Shown here piece by piece: positions 51,828-62,378 of a stretch of 64,000 nucleotides of DNA (within the stretch, counting starts at the first letter, position 1; each line of letters opens with the position of its first letter). The notes under the pieces were generated by a model. It was given only the letters and a program-made list of their open reading frames with translations. It did not search any database and was not told where the DNA came from. This stretch comes from Narcine bancroftii (Eukaryota). A program made the position numbers and the translations under genes. Location: positions 65,348,001 to 65,412,000 of the forward strand of contig NC_091470.1 in NCBI RefSeq assembly GCF_036971445.1. The letters are read 5' to 3'.

Positions 51828-52899
51828 CTAAATATTGATGCTAAATCTCAACCCGAAATATAAACTTTCCTTTCCCTCTGCTAGCGCCACCAGACACCCC
51901 AAGTTCTTTCAATATTTTTTCATTGCTTTCATGTCATAATTAATTGGGAAGTTACTAAAGTTGACATTTTCTCCAAATATAACAATTGTCATTTTTTTAT
52001 GTTTGTTAATGGGAGGTGGGAGCCACAGAAAATTCTGCATAATTTATTGTTTATCCCTAATTCCTCTTTAGAAGGTGCTGATGACCTGTTTTTTTGAAGA
52101 GACTAGTACAGTAAAAACCCTGGTATGGGGAACCTATGGGGATTGGTAGATGTAGGATAAATGAATTTTCCAGTTGCTTGAGATTGCATGTTGGCATGAA
52201 TGGTGAACTGACCATGAGGGGACAGCAATTTTAAACCTGTATTTTTTACCTATTTATTTTCTGCAAATTTTTTTGTCAGTTGCTTCAAGCTACCAGTTGC
52301 TTGCAACTGGTATTTGATAATGTGCTGCTATTTGACAATGACACGATGCTGATTATGACATTGAAGATACAGAAGTCTATTGTTGTGTTGCTTTCAGTGC
52401 TTTGTCCAAATGGAATTGAACACTTAGAGTAAACATTCAACAGCTTTTGGAGGGAAATAAGTGGTCGTTTACTGTTTCTATTGGTAAAACAGGCTTTGCA
52501 GGTGAGGTTGCCCAAAGCATCAGTAACAGTGACTAATGAAACTATCAGTCAGCTGAAAACCCTTCTCTGATTTCCTACTCTTCTACTATGAAGGCACGCT
52601 GCTGCTGCCTGACTTTCATGTGATTCCAGATCCAGTGTGATGTGGTTGACCCTTATCTGCACACTGAAGCAGTTCAGAGACCAGTGGATGGACAATACAT
52701 GCTGAATTTCTTAGAACTATCCACATCCTTGAAATATATATTTTTTAAAAACTATGCTTATGACTTAAAGACATTCAGCCATATCCTTGCAGTTTGAAAG
52801 AAATGGTCACTGAGATAATGGATGCAATGACTGATTTTACAAAATTCTTCAGATCTAAAATTTTCCAAGGGATCATAAAGAAGGTGCATTGAAGAAAGA

Positions 52900-52903
<4 letters not shown>

Positions 52904-52949
<46 letters not shown>
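52904..52949. repeat. (GA)n microsatellite
   Basis: Perfect dinucleotide run. Confidence 0.95.
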
Positions 52950-52954
<5 letters not shown>

Positions 52955-54232
52955 TGGAACCTGTTCTGACAAAGCCTGTAACCTAAAACCTTTCCACATC
53001 TGCAGCTGAACCATTCTGATTTTACATGGACCAAAGGCCATTCACATTCAACTTGACATCAGTATTTATTGAAGATGCTAGAATTCATTATTTAGCACAT
53101 GGCAGCAGAAAAACAAAGAACAATTTCTGGAAGAATAATTGTGATTTTATGAAAGTAATTTTATTTCACAAATCTGACAAAAGATCTCTGAAGATTAAAT
53201 TAACAATAGAGATAAAGGAACATTAATACTCAAAATGTCCTGCATTTGGATTCTGAAGTGGCATTCACTAAGGTGCTACAAGAAAATCTGCCACATGTGA
53301 TCAGAGTTCATGGGAATAATACACAATCATTTTTCAATTTACATTGCTTGGCTTATGATTTTTTTTTCTCTAATTCTGGATTCTTTGGAGTGCAGCTTCA
53401 ATTTGTAAAGCTTTTCTTCAGCTGCAACAAATAAAGCACCACTCTCGATCCATAGAATTAAATTACATTGCACTAAAATTCACAAAATACATTTGACTAG
53501 CCTTTATGATTGAACAAACTTCATTTCATGAAAAGTTTTCATGCTTTGGTGCCTTGTACATGAAATGTTTTAACTTGACAACACCATAAATGTATAGACA
53601 ATATATGAATGTATAGACTGGGTGACGCCATAAATATAAAGAAAGACATGCACACTTTTTTAATATGTTTTATATATTTTTTATGAATAAAATTTATTTT
53701 TGAAATTAAAGAAGAGCACAAAATAATTTACCCTAAGAAAAAAGACTGTCATTTTTTAGTTAGGGCAGATAAAACAAATTCCATCAAATGAAATCAGTTG
53801 GATAGAATGCTGCAATTTGACTAATCTGCTCATTTGATAGATGGCACAGCTTTTCTCATTCTATATTTCTGCAGTTGAAATAAGACAAAACAAGGAAGAC
53901 TAAAATTCTCACTCTTAGAAATGAAATGGTCCAGGCAGAACCTGTTACTAAAATTTCACGCATATTCAGATAATGTCTCCCAATCTATAAATCAGAGGTA
54001 CACCTACTAATTTTTCCAATGTTGAACATATGAACAGCAACATAAAATAAGCTAGGAAGGCATATTAATAAATCTTCCAAAAAGGAAGGACAGATTGACC
54101 AAGATAGAAATTGTAAAGCACATGTACATTGAAGAGGTGTTTATGTGGGGAAAGCCTGAGCAAATTTAGGGTAATCCACACAAGCAGCAATATTGGCACA
54201 ACTCCTGCCTGCGGCAAAAACAAGCTGACCTT

Positions 54233-56545
54233 TTTTTAATTAATAAAAATCCACATTTGAACAGTTGCACTATTTATTGATAATTATACATCAATTCTTA
54301 GTCTGACCACAACATTTTTTTTTGCGGCCAGTTCCAATCCTGGAATTTCAGTAGTTCTTCTGTGTAATTAAACTTTTTTTAAAACATTTTTTATTTTTCA
54401 CACTATGAACCATATTCACCAAAGTACACATAAACATTTCCCTCTTGAATATACACAGTGGCATTTTCTCCACTTTTCCCCCCTCCCTCCTTCACTCCAC
54501 CCACTCAATGTTCAAAATATATGATACATTAAACCCATTAAACAATGTCATCACACAATGAAAATAAACAAGAAAATTGTGTCATCTACTTTTACAGACT
54601 GGGTCAGTTCATTTTGTCTTCTTCACATTCTATCATTTTAGGGGGTGGAGATCCACGGTAGGACTTCTCTGTTGTGTTCCATGTACGGTTCCCAAATTTC
54701 TTCGAATACTGTGATGTTATTTCTTAAATTATACGTTATTTTTTCCAATGGAATACATTTATTCATTTCTATGTACCATTGCTGTATTCTCAGGCTCTCT
54801 TCTGATTTCCAGGTTGACATAATACATTTTTTTGCTACAGCTAAGGCTATCATAATAAATCTTTTTTGTGCTCCATCCAAATCGAGTCCAAGTTCTTTAC
54901 TTCTTATATTACTTAGAAAAAAGATCTCTGGATTTTTTGGTATTTTCTTTTTGTGATTTTATTTAATACCTGATTTAGATCTTCCCAAAACTTTTCCACT
55001 TTCTCACATGCCCAAATTGCAAGTACTGTTGTTCCCGTTTCCTTCTTACAGCGAAAACATCGATCTGATATTGTTGGGTCCCATTTATTTAACTTTTGGG
55101 GTGTGGTGTATAGCCTGTGTAACCAATTATATTGTATCATGCGTAACCTCGTGTTTATTGTATTTCTCATAGTTCGGGAGCATAGCTTTTCCCATGTTCC
55201 ATTCTTTATCTTTAGATCTTGTTCCCACTTTTGTTCGGGTTTACAGCTTATTTCCTCGTTCTCTTTCACTTGCAGTTTGATGTACATGTTTGATATAAAT
55301 CTTTTAATTATCATTGTATCTGTAATCACTTATTCAAAATTGCTTCCTTCTGGTAACCTCAGCCTGCTTCCCAATTTGTCCTTCAGGTAGGTTTTCAGTT
55401 GGTGGTATGCAAACATTGTACCGTGAGTTATACCATATTTGCACTTCATTTGTTCAAAAGATAATAATAATTGGATTAAAGCATTATATAAGGGACCATT
55501 GGCAAAGGTGACAGTAAATGGATATATATCAAACCAATTTAAATTAAGCAGGTCAACTAGGCAGGGATGTCCACTATCTCCCTCACTGTTCGCAATAGCC
55601 ATAGAACCATTGGCAGAACTGATAAGAACAGAAAATAAAATAAGAGGGATAAAAATAAAAGAGAAGGAATATAAAATCAGTCTATTTGGAGATGACATCA
55701 TAGTATACTTAACAGAACCAGAATTATCAATAAAAGAATTACATAAGTAATTGAAGGAATATGGAGAAGTATCGGGGTACAAGATCAACGCAAATAAAAG
55801 TGAAGCGATGCCAATGAATAATGCAGATTTCACAAAGTTTAAGAAAGAATCGCCATTTAAATGGCAAACACAAGCAATCCGTTACCTGGATATTCAACTA
55901 GATAATAATCTAGGCCATCTATACAAATTAAATTATCAGCCATTAATGAAGAAATTACAAGACGACTTAGAACATTGGAAAGATTTACCACTAACACTGA
56001 TAGGAAGGGTAAATTGCATTAAAATGAATGTCTTCCCAAGGATACAATACCTATTTCAATCATTACCAATTCACCTAACAGAGAAATTCTTCAAGGAGCG
56101 AAAGAAAATAATAAGGAAATTCTTATGGAAAGGGGGGAAACCTAGATAAATTAACAGAATGGTACAAACAAGGGGGCTTACAGCTACCAAACTTTAAGAA
56201 TTATTATAGAGCAGCACAATTAAGATACCTATCAGATTTTTATCAAACAAGGGAAAAACCAGATTGGACCAGATTAGAGCTAGATAAAATAGGGGAAAGG
56301 TACCTGAACATATACTATATAAGTGGGATGAAAAGCTGGTGCAACATAGGATCACCAGTACTGCAACATCTGCTCAACATTTGGAAGAAGGTTCACGTAG
56401 AAAGGAAAAAAGCAAATGACCAACTACCAAAATTAATATTGATGCAAAATCAACTAATCCCCTTCACAATAGATAACCTTTCCTTTAGAGAATGGGATCA
56501 AAAGAATAGAAAATTGTTTTTCGGGAAATAAATTATTATCTTTTG
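54233..56545 (-). mobile_element. L1/Tx1-type LINE, 5'-truncated with 5' inversion and probable 3' transduction
   Basis: Minus-strand ORF2 C-terminus (CFRC zinc-knuckle region) at 54638-55468. Plus-strand RT segment RQGCPLSPSLFAIAIEPLA...LFGDDII at 55469-56550. 14-bp TSD aacaagctgacctt at 54219-54232 and 56546-56559. Confidence 0.9.
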
Positions 56546-56854
56546 AACAAGCTGACCTTCTTGAAGTACTGTGGAGGTCAAGTAGGAAGAAAATTGGGCC
56601 ATTAATTGCACTGAGGATGAGGGAGGCAATGAGAGTTGGAGTGGGTTATGTGAAGGGAAGAATCAGAGAACAAGAGGGAAATGATCACAGGGAAAGGAAC
56701 TCCTCATTTGGAGAGATCATTAAAAGGAATTTTCTAAGAGTATCTGCAACAGAAGAGGTGTTGTGGTGGGAACAACCATTTGTAAAGAAATCTTATCTTC
56801 CAGTGAATTGATTAGTATCCCTGCCAGTGGAGTAGATAAGGTTAAATTATTGTT

Positions 56855-57062
56855 CTCACTGACAAAAGGCAAAGGAGGAAAAACCCAACACCCAACCCCA
56901 ACCAACCAATTTTCCCTTGCAACCGCTGCAATCGTGTCTGCCTGTCCCGCATCGGACTGGTCAGCCACAAACGAGCCTGCAGCTGACGTGGACTTTTTAC
57001 CCCCTCCATAAATCTTCGTCCGCGAAGCCAAGCCAAAGAAGAAAAAAAAAGAAAAAAAAAAG
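56855..57062 (+). mobile_element. Short RTE 3' end
   Basis: Same family as the 51 kb and 58 kb copies; A/G-rich tail; flanking repeat attgtt. Confidence 0.85.
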
Positions 57063-57085
57063 ATTGTTTAAATTAGACATACAGC

Positions 57086-57303
57086 TGTCTTCAATGTCCT
57101 GTGTAATTGTGGTTAGTTAAGTGTTAAGAGTTAAATGTTGAGGGTGTGGGGGGAGGGGGGCAGAAAGAGCTTGAACTCTGCACAAAACTGTATAGAATTG
57201 ATAACTGTAAATTGTAATCAATGCTGATACTGTTTGCAATGACACTGATTATACTGATAACTGTTGTTTAAGTTTGAAAAATCTTAAATAAAATATTTTT
57301 TAA
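57086..57303 (+). mobile_element. LINE 3' UTR fragment inserted into the SINE tail
   Basis: AATAAA plus A-rich end, bounded by near-identical aaattagacatacagc / aaaatagacatatagc. Confidence 0.5.
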
Positions 57304-57548
57304 AATAGACATATAGCACTGTAACAGGCCAATTCAGCCTGACAAGTCCATGCTGCCCAAATTACACTCCATTAACCTACACCTTGGTTTGTATCTGAAG
57401 TGTGGGAGGAAACCATAGCGCCTGGAGAAAACTCATGCAAATAAGGGAAGAACGTAGAAACCCCTTATAGACAGCGCAGGATTTGAACCGATCCCGATCG
57501 CTGGCGGTGTAATGGTGCTGTGCTAATCATGACGCCAAATGTGCCGCA
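57304..57548 (-). mobile_element. V-SINE (HE1-like)
   Basis: Minus-strand B box ggttcaaatcc, V core and CR1-type tail. Confidence 0.72.
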
Positions 57549-57826
57549 ATAAATAACAATGAACCACTGACGATGGGGTGCTTCATTGCCATTGTTGTAC
57601 AAAGTGACATCTAAACAAGTGTTGGACAATGTCAAAATAAGTACTGTGTGCCATCACTACCCATGCTCTTCAACCTCACTCATCACATGCATGGAAGATC
57701 TGAAACTAATTTCTCATTGATCAACAGATGGTGAAATTCAGAGCAAATCGTAAAAACATTCAGAATACTAACATATTTTATTCCAGTATATAACATTAAT
57801 ATATAGCTGCAAATTATAACTAATTT

Positions 57827-58720
57827 CAGTTTTCTTCAGTTTTCCATCAGCCAGCTCCCCACCATGACTACCAGCCCCCCCACATCTCCATCGGGCACAC
57901 AAAACTCAAAACGGTCGACCAGTTTACCTATCTCGGCTGCACCATTTCATCAGATGCAAGGATCGACAATGAGATAGACAACAGACTCGCCAGGGCAGGT
58001 AGCGCCTTTGGAAGACTACATGGGAGAGTCTGGAGGGACAACCAACTGAAAAACCTCACAGAGATAAGTGTATACAGAGCCGTTGTCATACCCACACTCC
58101 TGTTCGGCTCCGAATCATGGGTCCTCTACCGGCACCACCTACGGCTCCTAGAACGCTTCCACCAGCGTTGTCTCCGCTCCATCCTCAACATCCATTGGAG
58201 CGCTTTCATCCCTAACGTCGAAGTGCTCGAGATGGCAGAGGTCGACAGCATCGAGTCCACGCTGCTGAAGATCCAGCTGCGCTGGATGGGTCACGTCTCC
58301 AGAATGGAGGACCATCGCCTTCCCAAGATCATGTTATATGGCGAGCTCTCCACTGGCCACCGTGACAGAGGTGCACCAAAGAAAAGGTACAAGGACTGCC
58401 TAAAGAAATCTCTTGGTGCCTGCCACATTGACCACCGCCAGTGGGCTGATAACGCCTCAAACCGTGCATCTTGGCACCTCACAGTTTGGCGGGCAGCAAC
58501 CTCCTTTGAAGAAGACCGCAGAGCCCACCTCACTGACAAAAGGCAAAGGAGGAAAAACCCAACACCCAACCCCAACCAACCAATTTTCCCCTGCAACCGC
58601 TGCAACCGTGTCTGCCTGTCCCGCATCGGACTTGTCAGCCACAAACGAGCCTGCAGCTGATGTGGACTTTTTTACCCCCTCCATAAATCTTCGTCCACGA
58701 AGCCAAGCCAAAGAAAAAGA
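57827..58720 (+). mobile_element. RTE-clade LINE, 5'-truncated
   Basis: FTYLGCTIS...LRWMGHVSRM...SHKRACS, with 11-bp TSD ataactaattt (57816-57826, 58721-58731). Confidence 0.93.
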
Positions 58721-60969
58721 ATAACTAATTTATTAAGCCAACACGATGATGTGATTGTAAAGTTGTGGAATATAATGGAATAACATCCTCGATGAAACGC
58801 AGCACCAAACTCTTTCAAGAAACAGCCTTCTCTGAGTTCTACCTGAAATATAACTCTATTCTAGTTGCTCCATTCACATCTAATTCATCACAATTCAAAG
58901 TCAAATTGTACACCTGTGCCTAATTTTGCTTCATTTCATGTTTCCATTAAGTTTGCTTAGTCTATTTGATCAGGAGCTGGTGCTTGTTCCTCATTTTGAA
59001 GACAAATACGGTCACAAAAATGGTCCCACCATCAGCAATATTTCCTGCATATATCTTCAAATTGCCATTTTCAAAGTACTCTCACTGATAGAGGAGATGG
59101 CAGGCAGTGGAATCATTTAAACTATTGACTGAAAAATTCTTTGACAGACCCAAAAATGCTGTCAAAATTCTTATTTATTCTGCTCCGAAACTATTTGAAC
59201 AGTGCAATCATTTATTATATTTTATGATGGAATTCAAAGATATCAAAAGTGAGAATAGAATGGTGACATGGCTGTTAGTTAGATAGATGCTTAATAAGTT
59301 ATTAGCAAAGCACCAGTGAACGTTTTGAGAAATGGCAAAAAGAAATAAAGTCTGTGTGTAGTATAAATCTAGAAGGTGACCTTCAAGTTTATTATTTAGA
59401 ATGGTACTACCTTCAATCTAAAAGAAGCTACCTGCAAATCTATATCAATATTTGTATTCGACTTGAAAGTAGAAGTTTAATAAGATAATCGACTCATGAG
59501 ACAACTATCTTGGGGCAAACCAACAATCAAATTGCAGAGGCAGTTCAATCCAATTGACTATAAAATAATGCAGATAGGCATATTGAACAGTAAGATGAAG
59601 CAAAAGGCAAAGGTGGATCTGGAAATAGATGGATACTAAATTGGAATTTCAAGCCACTGGCTTGACACTGAGACATTGGGTGTGATATATATTTTTCTAA
59701 CTTTGTACATAGCAATTGTCAGATACTGTCTAAAGCAACCATTCTCAAAGAGGGCCCTACGCCTCTCAGGGGCCACAGCAGATTTAGCGAGACAAGATGG
59801 CCACGCAACTATGGTCGCAGCAGCAGCCACTCTGGGATTCCAGGACTGCTGTAACTAACATGTAGGCGCATTGTGCACAAACTTGGATGTAACAAGACTT
59901 TTCAATGGAATGCAGTGAGTCTGGAACTGCAACTTTGGTCATCAAACAACGAGTGCGTTGCTGAGACGAAGCCACATGATTTGAAGCTCGATGGTTGTGG
60001 AATGAGGCCAACTGAAGAGGCCGAGTTGTGGCATAAAACGACACTGTGGACCCGATGGTGCCTGCTTCGATGGTCATGGAAATGGTGCAATGTGGTGAAG
60101 ATAGAGGTGGTGTCCCAATACGGCCAGTGTGGTGGATCAATGTTATCCCCGAGAAATCCCAAAGGATGTGTTGGTCGTGGTCAATGTCAACCTGAGGCGT
60201 GAGGCCTCATGGCGTTTGGATTGTCTGAGGTTGGGGGGCTTTGGGGTGAACTGTTGCTCTGTTGGTAGTTTACCTTTTGAAGCTGGCAGACGGTAACATC
60301 CAAGTACTGTCGACACTGGTAAACTAGCCCTAAGATGGCTGGGGTTGGACTTTTTGTAACATCCAAACAGAATTGCAACCGAGCTTTTTTGTGTTCACTG
60401 CCTGTTCTTTGAAGTCTGGTGTTTGTAGCACTGTTGTTCATTTGAAATTGGGAAGTTATTCATTGCTGTGATCGGGAGGAACGGGTTAGGGTTTAAATAA
60501 TTAATGCTCTAAGTGGGATAGTCTACATTAAAAGATGACTGTGCCGGTATATTTTGGCTGCCTGTCATCGTTTAGATAGTAACTAATTTATTCCTAATTG
60601 TATGTTCAGCGCTTATTGTTATAAAGAGGGAATGAGTTGAATAAGCAAAAGAGAACAGTTACAGGAGTACAAAAGGGCTGGAGGATAAAAGTATGAAGGA
60701 AGATGCACAGAAATTACATTTATTGCATATGCAAACACTGAAGGATAATATGTTTGAGATTAACAAATGAATAACATTTGAAGATGTTCATGGTCTGTCA
60801 ATGTTGTTTGTACTTTATGACAAAAGATAGAAGGGATATGAATATAATAGATAAGGGGGCTGTTTCTGATTTGAAAAACAGAACAAATATTGAGATGTTG
60901 GTCAATTTTAAGTAGGATTCTTATGGTGGGTTGCAAACTCATTTCATTTAAGTTCCTTTTGTTGAATTT

Positions 60970-61582
60970 ACAATCAGAGCAGAAACACAGTTTTGATATA
61001 TCTTGTAAGAAGATGGCAAACGGGACCAAAGCTATACTTCATGAGGAGTTTGAGGAGATTTGGAATGTCACCAAAGACTCCTGCATATTTCGACAGATGT
61101 ACTGAGGAGAACATTCTGACTTGTTGCCTCACTATCTGGCATGGAAGTGTCAATGCATAGGACAAGAAAAAAACTACAGAAAGTTGTGAACACAGCCAGC
61201 GCCATCATGGGCAACAGTCTACGCCCCATCGAGGACATAAACAAAAGGTAATATCTTAACAAAGTAGCCTCTATTCTCAAGGACCCTCACCACCCAGGCC
61301 ATACCCTCTTCACATTACGGCCATCAGGAAGGAGGTTTTGGAGCCTGAATACAAACACCAAGCAGCACAGAAACAGTCTCTTCCCCTCTGCCATCAGATT
61401 TCTGAATGGACAATGACTCACAGACACTACCTCACATTCTTTTCTTTTTGCACCAATTTATTTATTTCCTAAATGTAATTTATAGTTTTAATATTTGCAC
61501 CTGTAATTAATATTTGCACCTGTAATGGTGAGGCAAAACAACAAATTTTGTGATATGTTCATAACAATAAATTCTGATTCTG
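60970..61582 (+). mobile_element. Rex1/Babar LINE 3' fragment
   Basis: Similar to 17.9-18.6 kb; acaataaattctgattctg tail. Confidence 0.75.
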
Positions 61583-61891
61583 TAATGCTTCGATTGACCT
61601 TGATGCTTTCAGTGCACCATGTTCAATAACTAATTTTCAAAAAATCTATAATTAACATATTTATATATAAAATCTCTGCATAAATATAAAAACAATGTTG
61701 TTTATAATCAATTTATATAATATACACCACACATGCACAGAGATAAAATCTTTAAAATTGACTACAATAAAAGGATTAAAACAGTGTCTATGTGCCTGGC
61801 TGTGTAAACTGAGTGCTTTGCGCATGGTTGCTTTGTCTGGTATAAGCAGCTGACCATTTTATGCCTCAAGGCACAATTAGCATAGATGTTA

Positions 61892-61905
61892 GTTTCTATG
61901 GCAAC
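61892..61905. promoter_or_regulatory. Candidate RFX X-box GTTTCTATGGCAAC
   Basis: Close match to the palindromic X-box consensus GTTGCCATGGCAAC, in apparently non-repetitive sequence. Motif match only. Confidence 0.35.
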
Positions 61906-62039
61906 TGTGAAAGCATGCTACAGTCATTTTCATTTGGCAAAGATGAGCCGATTTGGAATCAGCTGTATTGAATTTTTAACCTTTCAACTGTTTGACCATT
62001 GATATAAAAATGCTTTAGATTAACTTAAAATGCAAATGG

Positions 62040-62335
62040 TTACACATTTGGTTAAAAATATGGTATTTAAAAATAAACAAATCTATATGCAATATACTAA
62101 AATAAATGTAAAACAAAGCGCTGATAACTTTGATCCTTTAATCAACCACTGTAGGTTTCTTTCTTTTTCAATCTTTTTAAAATTTTCTTTTAGAATAAAT
62201 ACAGTACAATGAAGAAAAGGGAACGAAACTGAAAATGCAATATCACATGTATATAGATAAAACTTCAAACCATATATACTTAGACCTCCCTCCACTGCAC
62301 TGGACGAAGACAGAAAAGACATCAAACATACATAA

Positions 62336-62378
<43 letters not shown>

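Noticed and set aside
53915-53945. Acceptor followed by VLP on the minus strand
   Set aside because: A stop follows after eight codons.
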